64,000 nt of DNA from an uncultured Nitrospiraceae bacterium (GTDB lineage Bacteria > Nitrospirota > Nitrospiria > Nitrospirales > Nitrospiraceae). A program made the translations under genes and the position numbers. Location: positions 608,001-672,000 of the forward strand of contig CAVSTP010000003.1 of NCBI GenBank assembly GCA_963730935.1, given 5' to 3'. How positions within the stretch are numbered: position 1 is the stretch's first letter; every line of letters starts with the position of its first letter. Below are positions 30,492 to 42,896 of the stretch, piece after piece. Below the pieces are notes generated by a model. The model was given only the letters and a program-made list of their open reading frames with translations. It was not told the DNA's origin and did not search any database.

Positions 30492-31613
30492 TCATGCCGC
30501 CAGGTGAACGGAAATCCTCGTGCCACGCGACGGCCGTGATTCTACGGCAATGGTGCCGCCCGCGGCATGTACCCGCTCCTGCATGCTGATCAGACCAAGA
30601 TGTCCCTTGGCGGAGACGACTTCCGGATCGAAACCAGCGCCGGCATCCGAGATACAGAGATGCAAAGTTCCCCGATGGCCAAACAACTCGAGCTGCCCGT
30701 CTTTCACACCGCTGTGCCTCATCGTGTTGTTCAAGGCTTCCTGAGCGACGCGGAACAGGCACAAGGCCGACTCCTTGGAAATTGAAGCGGGAACATCGCG
30801 GTAGAGAAAGTTGATCTGAGCGCCGTATTGCTCGGACATCTCCCGGCAGAGTCCTTTGATTGCCGCCACGAGACCAAGATGTTCCAGCTTGGCGGGGTGA
30901 AGTTGATGCGACAGACGATGGACATCCGATGCAACTTCCTGCGTTAACCGGCGCAAATCTCCGATGTGACTCCGACAGGTGCCATTGGTCTCCGTGCTCT
31001 GTTCCAGTCGCTCGAGGCCGATCGACAGCAAGGCCAGCCGTTGATTGAAATCATCATGGAGTTCTCGAGCGATGCGGCTGCGTTCTTCCTCTTGGGCGCT
31101 GATCAACCGGCCGGTCATTTCCTTCAGCGAACGCTCAGCGCGTTTGCGTTCCGTGATGTCCACCATGACGCCGATCATCTCCTTCAACGTTCCGTCTTCG
31201 ACGACGGCGTGGACCGAGTCGTGGAACCAGACTTCTCGCCCGTCGGCGGCCACCATACGATATTCCAGCGCATGATGCCGTTTGTCGTGCGTCGCGCGAC
31301 GGTACGACGCGACGGCTTTTAAGCGATCCTCGGGGTGAAGATGCGCCTCCCAGAAGGCTGGTTCGCAGAGCCATTGTGTAATCGGGTATCCCAAAATGCT
31401 TTCCGCCCGCTTGCTCACATAGCTGGTTCGAAAACTCCCGGCATCCGCGCGCCACACGATGGCTTCCAACGAGTCCACCAGTTCTTCGTAGCGCCGTTGA
31501 GCCTGGCGTATCGCGGCCTCTGCCTGCTGTACTAACGCGAAGGTTTCCTGCGGATCGGTCCTAGGGGATGAACGTGTGAGCATGGCCTCATCTCCGTCCA
31601 GATGGTCTGGCAC
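30492..31613 (-). CDS. Soluble PAS-domain sensor histidine kinase (HisKA_3)
   Basis: PAS/PAC (LHPEDR...EYRM...DITERK); ERSRIARELHDD; QEALNN, DAGAGFD, LGLISMQER; no TM segment. Confidence 0.92.
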   Translation of the reverse strand: MPDHLDGDEAMLTRSSPRTDPQETFALVQQAEAAIRQAQRRYEELVDSLEAIVWRADAGSFRTSYVSKRAESILGYPITQWLCEPAFWEAHLHPEDRLKAVASYRRATHDKRHHALEYRMVAADGREVWFHDSVHAVVEDGTLKEMIGVMVDITERKRAERSLKEMTGRLISAQEEERSRIARELHDDFNQRLALLSIGLERLEQSTETNGTCRSHIGDLRRLTQEVASDVHRLSHQLHPAKLEHLGLVAAIKGLCREMSEQYGAQINFLYRDVPASISKESALCLFRVAQEALNNTMRHSGVKDGQLELFGHRGTLHLCISDAGAGFDPEVVSAKGHLGLISMQERVHAAGGTIAVESRPSRGTRISVHLAA

Positions 31614-31766
31614 GTGCCAACGGGGAACCGAGCATGAACCTCTCCCCTGTAGGAGTCAAGGAGGAATAAGGCTGTTGTCGGAGAGACGATGACAGGTGGA
31701 ATGAGAGGGGGCAGACCTGTGCATAGGGAGTAAGTACTGCCTAAGGGTTTCAACGTGGCCGGATCC

Positions 31767-31811
31767 CTGTCAAATGTAACAGTTTCCCCCGTGGAATCCA
31801 GGTTGTAAAGT
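31767..31811 (+). promoter_or_regulatory. Regulon palindrome site 4 plus -10 element
   Basis: CTGTCA-AATG-TAACAG (31767-31782); TAAAGT at 31806. Confidence 0.72.
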
Positions 31812-31940
31812 GCTCATCCCACGGGTTGGAGAAATAATTTAATGCTGGCGTAACACAACGTCGGACAAAGCAGAATGCTGAACTGCATCCCACCTCATGT
31901 TGCCAGCGGACGGTCGCAAGCGTAAGCCCAGGAGGACGCC

Positions 31941-34730
<2,790 letters not shown>

Positions 34731-34733
34731 GCA

Positions 34734-36203
34734 ATGACTCCCTGGTCTCAGCATCCGACGATCTATGAGATCAACACCTGGGTCTGGCTTCACGAGCTGA
34801 GCGAGCAGGCACAGCGTCCCGTCACCCTCGGCAACGTCCCGACGCAGGTCTGGGACGGCCTGGCCTTCTACGGATGTGACGCCGTCTGGTTGATGGGGGT
34901 GTGGGAGCGAAGTCCGGCGGGTATCGCAGTATCCATGCGAAACGATGCGCTTGTGAACGAATTCCGTCGGCTCTTGTCTGATTTTACCGCTCAAGACAAT
35001 GTCGGCTCCGCCTATTGCGTGAAGGATTACCGTGTGGACGCACGCCTCGGCGGTCCGAAAGGGTTGGCGCAGGCCAGATCGGAGTTGGCCGCACGGGGCA
35101 TGCGATTGATCCTGGATTTTGTGCCCAACCATGTGGCGCCGGATCATTCGTGGGCAACGGAACATCCGGAATACTTCATTCAAGGCAGCGCACCCGAGTT
35201 GGCCGAACGTCCCGGCGAGTTCCTCCGGATCGGCGATCATGTGCTGGCTTGTGGGCGGGATCCCTATTTCCCTCCTTGGCAGGACGTTTTACAGTTGAAT
35301 GCCTTCAGGCCGAATCTGCGGAAAGCCACCATCGCGACGGTCCTGTCGATCGCTGACCAGTGCGACGGGATGCGCTGTGACATGGCGATGCTGCTGCTCA
35401 ACCAGGTGTTTGAACGCACATGGGGGCAACGTGCCGGTGCCATGCCGCAGACCGAGTATTGGCGTGATGTGATCGGTGTCGTGAAGCAGCGGTATCCGGA
35501 TGTGCTCTTCATGGCCGAGGCCTATTGGGATTTGGAATGGCAGCTGCAACAGCAAGGCTTCGACTTCTGCTACGACAAGCGGCTCTACGATCGCCTGGAG
35601 CACGACAACCCGGAAGCGATCAGGCTTCATCTCTGCGCCGAGTCCGGGTATCAGCAGAAACTTGTCAGGTTCATCGAAAATCATGATGAGCCTCGTGCCG
35701 CAGCGACGTTCCCTGCGTTAAAGGCGAGGGCGGCGGCCGTCACGGTTTCCACCCTACAGGGCGCGGTGTTGTTCCACGACGGACAGTTCGAAGGGCGGCG
35801 CGTCAGACTTCCCGTGTTCTTGCGGCGTGGTCCGAAGGAGCCGACCGACCGCAACCTCCAGGAGTTTTACACGAAGCTTCTTCGAGCCCTTCGCCGCGAC
35901 GATTTCAGGGAAGGGCAATGGCAGCTCTGCGAGCGGACGGGATGGCCGGATAACCACAGCTATGCCAACCTGGTGGCCTGGTGTTGGACTCATGAAGAGA
36001 CGGGCCACCTCATTGTCGTCAACCTGTCCGACCAGCCGGCGCAGGGCAGGGTCCGGATTCCTGTACCGACTCTTGCCGGGAAAAGCTGGCGCGTGACGGA
36101 TGAATTCAGCGGGACGGTCTTTGAGCGGGAGGGGAATGAGCTGCAGCAAGACGGACTGTACGTCGAGCTCGATGCATGGGGTTTTCATGTGCTGAAGTTC
36201 TGA
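34734..36203 (+). CDS. Alpha-amylase family (GH13) protein
   Basis: LDFVPNH, DGMRCDMA, FMAEAYW, FIENHDE catalytic regions. Confidence 0.9.
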   Translation: MTPWSQHPTIYEINTWVWLHELSEQAQRPVTLGNVPTQVWDGLAFYGCDAVWLMGVWERSPAGIAVSMRNDALVNEFRRLLSDFTAQDNVGSAYCVKDYRVDARLGGPKGLAQARSELAARGMRLILDFVPNHVAPDHSWATEHPEYFIQGSAPELAERPGEFLRIGDHVLACGRDPYFPPWQDVLQLNAFRPNLRKATIATVLSIADQCDGMRCDMAMLLLNQVFERTWGQRAGAMPQTEYWRDVIGVVKQRYPDVLFMAEAYWDLEWQLQQQGFDFCYDKRLYDRLEHDNPEAIRLHLCAESGYQQKLVRFIENHDEPRAAATFPALKARAAAVTVSTLQGAVLFHDGQFEGRRVRLPVFLRRGPKEPTDRNLQEFYTKLLRALRRDDFREGQWQLCERTGWPDNHSYANLVAWCWTHEETGHLIVVNLSDQPAQGRVRIPVPTLAGKSWRVTDEFSGTVFEREGNELQQDGLYVELDAWGFHVLKF

Positions 36204-36261
36204 GCGATGTATCATGGCGCAGTGGTCCCGGAGTAGAGCAAATCGGCCCAAGGAGGTGGAC

Positions 36262-36693
36262 ATGTGGCAGAGACGGTCATGGGGTTCGCTTTTGATACTG
36301 ATGGCCATGCTTAATTGGGGCTGCGGAGCACTGCAATCCATGGGCGGGACGGATGTCCTGACGGGGTTGCTGACCAACCAGTTGGGCGTCACGTCGAATC
36401 AGGCGATGGGCGGCGTGGGATCCATTCTCACCCTCGCAAAGGAACGGCTGTCGGGGATGGATTTCACCGCCTTGACCAAATTGATCCCCGGCGCAGATAC
36501 CTACATGAAGACCGCGAAAGACCTGGGTGCCGTGACGGGACCGGTTGGTGATCAGGCGGGGCTAACGTCTGCCTTCTCGCGGTTGGGGATGGGTCCTGAT
36601 ATGGTACCGAAATTCACGCAGACCCTTTCCGATTTTGTAGGGAAAGGGGGAGGAGAATCGGCCAAGAACCTTGTAGCAGCTGCCGTTCGGTAA
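36262..36693 (+). CDS. DUF2780-like lipoprotein
   Basis: Lipobox WGC; QLGVTSNQAMGGVGSIL, AFSRLGMGPDMV. Confidence 0.75.
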   Translation: MWQRRSWGSLLILMAMLNWGCGALQSMGGTDVLTGLLTNQLGVTSNQAMGGVGSILTLAKERLSGMDFTALTKLIPGADTYMKTAKDLGAVTGPVGDQAGLTSAFSRLGMGPDMVPKFTQTLSDFVGKGGGESAKNLVAAAVR

Positions 36694-36712
36694 CGGCAGC
36701 AGGAGTACGATC

Positions 36713-37225
36713 ATGAAGGAAGCCATGGGACGCAGGTGGATAATAATACCGCTGCTCGTGCTGTCGGCATCCTGTGCGACGATGCCGACAGGCTTTGAAG
36801 CGCCGCGCGTCACGATTACCGATCTCACTCCCAAGGAGATGGCGATCTTTGAGCAGAAGTTCGACGTGAAACTGAGGATTCAAAACGCGAATGACACCGA
36901 ACTCAGCATCAACGGTCTTCGGTTTGACATCGAATTGAATGACCGCGAGTTTGCCAATGGTATGTCCGGGCAGCGCGTCACTGTGCCACGGTTTGGATCG
37001 GAAGTTGTGGACGTCGAAGTTTTTACGACGCTTGCCAGCTTTCTGCGTCAAGTCCAAGATCTCAGCGCGGGCGCAGGACAAAAAATCAGATACCGGCTGA
37101 AAGGCACGGCATTCGTTGACTCCCCCGGCACCTTCAAGGCGCCATTCGACGAGAAGGGTGAAATTGACCTGAATCTTGGGACTGGTGCTGAGAAGTCGCC
37201 AGTCGATGGTTCGAAGGGATTTTAA
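36713..37225 (+). CDS. LEA_2 / WHy-domain lipoprotein
   Basis: Lipobox SASC; EQKFDVKLRIQNAND..L.I.GL.F.IELN. Confidence 0.85.
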   Translation: MKEAMGRRWIIIPLLVLSASCATMPTGFEAPRVTITDLTPKEMAIFEQKFDVKLRIQNANDTELSINGLRFDIELNDREFANGMSGQRVTVPRFGSEVVDVEVFTTLASFLRQVQDLSAGAGQKIRYRLKGTAFVDSPGTFKAPFDEKGEIDLNLGTGAEKSPVDGSKGF

Positions 37226-37240
37226 GAGAAGGACGCTCAC

Positions 37241-37948
37241 ATGAGGGCACGACTCACTACGGCCTTCAGACGCATGTTGGTCGGCATGGGAGTCACCATG
37301 ACGCTGGTCATGGTGACTCCCATGCCAGGGCTCTCGGCCGATGCGACGACACAGCAGCAACTCGTGGACAAGGCGCAACTGACGCTTGAGGCCTTTGCGT
37401 CCGATGGCCAGTTGAAGGATGTGTTCAAACAGCTGAGCAAGGAAGCGAGAGCGCTCTTCATCATTCCGCAGTTCATGCGGGGAGCCTTCATCTTCGGCGG
37501 CGCCGGCGGCAGCGGCGTGTTGATCGCACGGGATGAACGGACGGGAAAATGGGGAGATCCGGTGTTCTACAACATCGGCTCGGCCAGTTTCGGTGCACAG
37601 ATCGGTGCCGATGTCTCTGAAATGGTCTTGGTCGTCCGGACCAAGAAAGGGCTGGAAGAGTTTTTCACAAACGATTTCAAGCTTGGGGCCAATGCCGGGA
37701 TGGCGACCGGTCCCGTCGGCGCAGGCATGGCCACTCAAGGTATCACGGCGGATATCATCTCCTACGCCAGACAGAAGGGCGCATTTGCGGGCATGGCCGT
37801 CGATGGAGCGTTCGTGTCGGTTTCAAATGACTCCAATCAGGCGTATTATGGGAAATCCGTGCGCCCGACCGACATTATTGTGAAGAAGGAAATCGGAAAT
37901 CCCAAGTCACTGCAGCTTCGGGCCGCCGCTGATAAGCTAATGAATTAG
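37241..37948 (+). CDS. Periplasmic SYLF/Ysc84 domain protein (paralog 3)
   Basis: QQQLVDKA, GAFIFGGAGGSG, SFGAQIG, QKGAFAGMAVDG. Confidence 0.9.
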   Translation: MRARLTTAFRRMLVGMGVTMTLVMVTPMPGLSADATTQQQLVDKAQLTLEAFASDGQLKDVFKQLSKEARALFIIPQFMRGAFIFGGAGGSGVLIARDERTGKWGDPVFYNIGSASFGAQIGADVSEMVLVVRTKKGLEEFFTNDFKLGANAGMATGPVGAGMATQGITADIISYARQKGAFAGMAVDGAFVSVSNDSNQAYYGKSVRPTDIIVKKEIGNPKSLQLRAAADKLMN

Positions 37949-37983
37949 ACGGCGAGCCGGAGATCTGTGAGCGCCACAGCTAG

Positions 37984-38994
37984 ATGAGCGAAAGGCCATG
38001 CGGTCGATCACTGGGCGCAGCAGTGCTGGGCATCTTCCTGATGTTCATGTGGAGTGGCCACGGATCGGCCCATGGGGAAGTCAACGGCACAGATCGCTCA
38101 TCCGAAAGCACGTCGAGCCCGGTGTTGGAGTCGCCGGCAATAGAGAACGAGCCCGAGAGCGAACCCGAGAGCGAACCCGAGGGACCTGCATCACCATCAG
38201 AAAAGGAACCCGAACGCCGGATCTTCAAGCGGATCGGGCCGCAGCCCATGACGCCGGAGCAGCGGGAAGAGGCCGAACGGCTTCGCAAGGTCGCTGCGAG
38301 ATACGGAACGGATCCCACGGCGATCGTGGGACGCATCCAACTCACCAGCCAATACCTCGATCTGACTCAGGGCGCAAACGCGACGGTATCGACGGTGCGC
38401 GTCGATCTCCCGTTTCGGAACGATTTTCTGCTCCGAATGGATATGCCGTTCCTCAGGACGAACGATCCCAATAACCCTGGAATGAGCGGTCACCGTGGCG
38501 TCAGCGATCTTGCCGTTACCGCCGCATGGCGCGCGTATAATACGCCAGAATACGCGCTCCTGGTTGGTGTACTGTCCACGTTTCCAACCGCCGCCCAGGA
38601 CACCCTCGGCTTGGGCAAGTACACGGTTGGCCCCGCAATTGCCACTGCCCGGTTCCTTCCTCGATTGGATTCATTCCTGATCGGCCTCTTGTCATATCAA
38701 ACGTCCGTGGGCGGAGATCCATCCAGAAAAGACGTCTCATTGTTCAACGTGACCGCGCAGGTGAATTCCTTCTGGGGACAGCGATGGTGGACCATCGTTC
38801 AGTCGGTCTGGCAAGTCGATTTCGAACGGAGCGGAAAAAGCAGCATGGTCATGGAATTCGAAGGCGGCAGGAATTTGATCGGGCGGGTAGGAGCCTACGT
38901 CCGGCCGGGCGTAGGAATCTATGGACGTGATGTCGCCGGGGCTTATATCTGGAATATTGAAGTCGGCATCCGCTACATGTTCAAGAGTTTCTGA
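37984..38994 (+). CDS. Putative outer-membrane beta-barrel protein
   Basis: Signal peptide, acidic EPES linker, alternating beta strands, C-terminal Phe (YMFKSF). Confidence 0.6.
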   Translation: MSERPCGRSLGAAVLGIFLMFMWSGHGSAHGEVNGTDRSSESTSSPVLESPAIENEPESEPESEPEGPASPSEKEPERRIFKRIGPQPMTPEQREEAERLRKVAARYGTDPTAIVGRIQLTSQYLDLTQGANATVSTVRVDLPFRNDFLLRMDMPFLRTNDPNNPGMSGHRGVSDLAVTAAWRAYNTPEYALLVGVLSTFPTAAQDTLGLGKYTVGPAIATARFLPRLDSFLIGLLSYQTSVGGDPSRKDVSLFNVTAQVNSFWGQRWWTIVQSVWQVDFERSGKSSMVMEFEGGRNLIGRVGAYVRPGVGIYGRDVAGAYIWNIEVGIRYMFKSF

Positions 38995-38997
38995 TCT

Positions 38998-39894
38998 TTA
39001 TTTCAGCGCTTCCGCGCCGCCGACGATGTCCATGAGTTCTTTGGTGATTACGGCCTGCCGGGTTTTGTTGTAGTAAATCGTCAGTTTCTTGATCAGTTCG
39101 CCGGCATTGCGCGTCGCACCGTCCATGGCTGTCATGCGGGCTCCCTGTTCTGCGGCCGACGATTCCAGCAGCATGCGATAGGCTTGGACGTGGAAATTAC
39201 GGTGCAGCAGTTGCTCCAACACTTCGGCTTCGCTCGGCTCGTAGAGATAGCCGCCGGGCATCTGCTCCATCGTGTGTTCAACGTCTTTCACGTCTGCAAT
39301 CTCGACAACCCAATCAATCGGAAGCAGCCGTTCGACGACGACACGCTGCTGAATGGCGGATTTGAACTCGTTGTAGATGGCATACACCGCATCGGTTCGC
39401 CCGGTCACATAGTCGTCGATGGCTTGAAGCTCCGTGCCCAGGAGCATGCCGTGCTCGAACGAGAGCTTGTCGAAGATGTCGACGACTTCGCGGCGGACCT
39501 TCCAGCTGCGTCGTCGGAAGAAATCGCGGCCTTTCTTGCCGATGACCGCCACTTCGACCTCCATCCCTTTCGACTCGAACTCCTTAAGCGCGGCGGCCGC
39601 AGTGCGAAGGATGTTGGCGTTGAAGGCGCCGCATAATCCCCGATCGCTCGTGACCACGGCAATGACGAGGTGATGCTCCTCACGCTTCTTGAGCAAGGGG
39701 TGCGCGTCTCGATTCACGCGCCGGCTGAGCGTTCGAATCGTATCCCGCATCTTGTGAGCGTACGGGCGGGCGGCGAGAATGCGGTCCTGCGTCCGCTTGA
39801 GCTTGGCCGCAGCGACCATCTTCATCGCTTTCGTGATCTTTTGGGTTTTCTTGACGGAATCGATCTTCCGCCTGACGGATTGGAGGCTTGGCAT
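38998..39894 (-). CDS. atpG: F1F0 ATP synthase gamma subunit, stand-alone copy
   Basis: KITKAMKMVAAAKL, SDRGLCGAFN, EQGARMTAMDGATRNA, NKTRQAVITKELMDIVGGAEAL; 298 aa, intact. Confidence 0.97.
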   Translation of the reverse strand: MPSLQSVRRKIDSVKKTQKITKAMKMVAAAKLKRTQDRILAARPYAHKMRDTIRTLSRRVNRDAHPLLKKREEHHLVIAVVTSDRGLCGAFNANILRTAAAALKEFESKGMEVEVAVIGKKGRDFFRRRSWKVRREVVDIFDKLSFEHGMLLGTELQAIDDYVTGRTDAVYAIYNEFKSAIQQRVVVERLLPIDWVVEIADVKDVEHTMEQMPGGYLYEPSEAEVLEQLLHRNFHVQAYRMLLESSAAEQGARMTAMDGATRNAGELIKKLTIYYNKTRQAVITKELMDIVGGAEALK

Positions 39895-39920
39895 ACAGGG
39901 TGATCCGAATGGGGAGCCGC

Positions 39921-39950
39921 ACCGTACCATTTGGCTGCAAGGCAGGTCAA
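39921..39950 (-). promoter_or_regulatory. Putative sigma70 promoter of the orphan atpG
   Basis: Minus strand TTGACC-N18-TACGGT with TGn, ending 26 nt before the ATG. Confidence 0.45.
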
Positions 39951-40028
39951 GGCAAGGGACAACGACGTTGCGACCTAACGGATCTCTGTTGTACTGTCGC
40001 GGCGTGGAAGACCATGAGGAGTGTCGAC

Positions 40029-40391
40029 ATGCTCAGCCATGAACTGTTGCGCGACGAGGGGATTCTGATCCTTCGGCCCCAGGGACCCCTTCAGGCGGGC
40101 GATTTCATCTCGCTTGCCACGGTTGTTGATCCGTATCTGCAGGAACACCGCACATTACGAGGGATTATGGTCGACGCGCAGTCTTTTCCGGGATGGGACT
40201 CGTTTGCCGCGCTGGTCTCCCACCTTGAATTTGTTCGCGACCATCATCGCCTGATCGGCAAGATCGCGGCGGTTTCAGATAGTCCGGTCCTTTCCCTGGC
40301 GCCCCAACTGGCCAAGCATTTTGTGAAGGCCGAGATTCGCCATTTCAGCGCGAACGAACGGGCAGCGGCGCTGGCCTGGCTTCGCCAGTAA
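40029..40391 (+). CDS. STAS/SEC14 (SpoIIAA-like) domain protein
   Basis: GILILRPQGPL...FPGWDSFAAL..HL.FVRDHH..I.KIAAVSD...AEIRHF...AALAWL. Confidence 0.8.
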   Translation: MLSHELLRDEGILILRPQGPLQAGDFISLATVVDPYLQEHRTLRGIMVDAQSFPGWDSFAALVSHLEFVRDHHRLIGKIAAVSDSPVLSLAPQLAKHFVKAEIRHFSANERAAALAWLRQ

Positions 40392-40530
40392 ATCCTTCCT
40401 TCAAGACTTCCTTTCCGGTCTATCGCTCGAAGGTACGGACGTGTATGCGTGTGGGAAACAGCCGTCTTGTGGGAAGGATGCCGAAGGGTCCTGGGGAGGC
40501 TCCTAGGCCATATGTTGCCGCCATAGGGGT

Positions 40531-40575
40531 CTGTCAAATTTGACAGTGTTCCCGGCAAAGTTGGCGTTGTAGAGT
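40531..40575 (+). promoter_or_regulatory. Regulon palindrome site 5 plus -10 element
   Basis: Perfect palindrome CTGTCAAATTTGACAG (40531-40546); TAGAGT at 40570. Confidence 0.78.
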
Positions 40576-40651
40576 GCGTTTCCGACTGCGCAGTGTTCGT
40601 ACAGACAATGATGACGACTGACTGGCAAGAATTGCAGGGGAGGCTTCCACC

Positions 40652-41554
40652 ATGAACACTCTCAGCTCTCACGAGCAACAACAGCGGCAGATGAAGACAC
40701 ATCCCGGTTTCATTGCGGCACTGGACCAAAGCGGGGGCAGCACGCCCAAGGCGCTGCATCAATATGGAATCAAGGAAGGAGCATGGTCCAACGACAATGA
40801 AATGTTTACTATCGTACATCAGATGCGCGCGCGCATCATTACCAGTCCCGGTTTTTCCGGCAAGCGGATCATTGCCGCCATCTTGTTCGAAGACACCATG
40901 AATAGGGAGATCGCGGGGAAACCTACTGCGGACTATCTTTGGAATGAGAAGCAAGTGGTCCCTTTCCTCAAAGTGGACAAAGGCCTTTTGCCTGAAGAGA
41001 ACGGGGTTCAGTTGATGAAGCCCATCTCCGGACTTGCCGCACTGCTCGACAAAGCCAAAACGAAAAACATCTTCGGGACCAAGATGCGTTCTGTCATCAA
41101 GGAAGCCAATGGAGCCGGCATCAAGAACATCGTGAATCAGCAGTTCGAGATTGGGGGGCAGATCATCTCCGCTGGCCTCGTACCGATCCTCGAGCCTGAA
41201 GTTGACATTCGCTGTCCTGAGAAGGGCAAAGCCGAAGGGCTGCTCAAGGACGCCATCCTGAAGCAACTCAGCGAACTGCCGGCGAATCAATTGGTCATGC
41301 TCAAGCTCACAATTCCGGATCAAGACGACTTCTACCTTGATTGCATTCGACATCCTAAGGTGTTGAGGGTCGTCGCGCTGTCGGGCGGTTATACGAGGGA
41401 AGAAGCCAACAACCGTCTGCGGCGGAATCATGGACTCATCGCGAGCTTTTCGCGGGCACTGGTAGAAGGGCTGTCGGCCCAGCAATCCGATGCTGAGTTC
41501 AACGCCATGCTGGATAAATTCATTCAGAGCATCTTTGATGCGTCCAATACTTAA
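40652..41554 (+). CDS. fda: Class I fructose-bisphosphate aldolase (bacterial Fda type)
   Basis: [56 protein letters not shown]. Confidence 0.92.
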   Translation: MNTLSSHEQQQRQMKTHPGFIAALDQSGGSTPKALHQYGIKEGAWSNDNEMFTIVHQMRARIITSPGFSGKRIIAAILFEDTMNREIAGKPTADYLWNEKQVVPFLKVDKGLLPEENGVQLMKPISGLAALLDKAKTKNIFGTKMRSVIKEANGAGIKNIVNQQFEIGGQIISAGLVPILEPEVDIRCPEKGKAEGLLKDAILKQLSELPANQLVMLKLTIPDQDDFYLDCIRHPKVLRVVALSGGYTREEANNRLRRNHGLIASFSRALVEGLSAQQSDAEFNAMLDKFIQSIFDASNT

Positions 41555-41621
41555 GATAAGCGGTCTGCTCTACTCGGACTGATGATAACTGAGGCGCAGG
41601 CCCTGACACTTCAGCGTTGAC

Positions 41622-42842
41622 ATGCGGATCCTGGTGATTAATAGCGGAAGCTCATCGATCAAATTCCGGCTCGCAGAGGTCGTAGAGGAAAAGGGCACAC
41701 TGGCAACGCGACCGGGCCTGCTCGAAGGGGCCGTCAAAGGGATTGGAGGCGCGCCGAGCGTCGACATGACTGGACAACTGGTGAGCCGTTCAACGACCAA
41801 GATAGAAGCTCGAGACCATACCCAGGCCATGCGTGTGCTCATGAATCAGCTTGGCAATTCGCTGAGCAGCATCCAAGCCGTGGGACACAGGGTGGTGCAC
41901 GGCGGAGACCGCTACGTCGAGTCCACTGTGATTACCGACCAGATTGAAGCTGGAATCGATGCGCTATCCGAATTGGCGCCGCTCCACAACCCTGCCTGTC
42001 TCGCGGGCATTCGGGGGGCGAAAGCGGCCTTGGGATCAACCGTTCCGATGGTGGCTGTCTTCGATACGGCGTTTCACCGAACGATGCCTGAAGTCGCCAG
42101 GCACTATGCGATCTCAACCGAGCTCGCCGATCGCCATCACATCCGCCGATATGGATTTCACGGGATCGCGCATGCGTCGCTCGCTAACGGCTACGGGGTC
42201 TGCACTGGAAACTCGTTGAAGCAGGCGCGCATCATCACGCTTCAGTTGGGCAACGGCTGTTCGGTCGCCGCGATTGCAGAAGGGAAATCGATCGAGACTT
42301 CGATGGGGTTTACTCCGTTGGAAGGCTTGGTTATGGGGACACGCTCGGGAGATATCGATCCTTCCGTCGTCAGTTATCTTTCCGAGCGGGAAAAAGTCGA
42401 ACCGGCCGAAGTGGAACGATGGCTCAACCAGCGATCCGGCCTCCTGGGACTCTCAGGACGATCCAATGACATGCGGGAGCTCTTGCGCGCCGTCGAGCAG
42501 GAAGGGGACCAGCGCGCCGAGTTCGCCGTCGATCTCTTTTGCTACCGGGTGCGTAAATATCTGGGCGCCTACCTGGCCGTATTGGGTGGCGCGGATGCGA
42601 TCGTCTTTGGAGGCGGCATTGGGGAAAACGCGCCGGAGGTTCGGAAACGAATCTGCCGGAACATGGAGTGGTGCGGGATGAGTGTTCATCCAGACCGCAA
42701 TCGGACTGCCGTAGGACTCAGCGCGGGGTCGGCGGGGAAGATCAGTACGGATGATTCGCGGGTGGCGGTGTACGTCGTGGCGGCCGACGAAGAAACATGG
42801 ATTGCAAAAGAAACGGCTCGCTGTGTGCGGGCGATCAATTGA
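41622..42842 (+). CDS. ackA: Acetate kinase
   Basis: ILVINSGSSSIK, GHRVVHGG, LAPLHN, DTAFH, RYGFHG, MGFTPLEGLVMGTRSGD. Confidence 0.96.
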   Translation: MRILVINSGSSSIKFRLAEVVEEKGTLATRPGLLEGAVKGIGGAPSVDMTGQLVSRSTTKIEARDHTQAMRVLMNQLGNSLSSIQAVGHRVVHGGDRYVESTVITDQIEAGIDALSELAPLHNPACLAGIRGAKAALGSTVPMVAVFDTAFHRTMPEVARHYAISTELADRHHIRRYGFHGIAHASLANGYGVCTGNSLKQARIITLQLGNGCSVAAIAEGKSIETSMGFTPLEGLVMGTRSGDIDPSVVSYLSEREKVEPAEVERWLNQRSGLLGLSGRSNDMRELLRAVEQEGDQRAEFAVDLFCYRVRKYLGAYLAVLGGADAIVFGGGIGENAPEVRKRICRNMEWCGMSVHPDRNRTAVGLSAGSAGKISTDDSRVAVYVVAADEETWIAKETARCVRAIN

Positions 42843-42896
42843 TTATTTTGCAGGCGCCATCCATGAATCGGGGTGGCGGCAGGGAGGGAACGCCTC

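Noticed and set aside
38149..38181. Short 12-bp tandem repeat encoding EPESEPESEPE
   Set aside because: In-frame low-complexity linker; unlikely to cause phase variation
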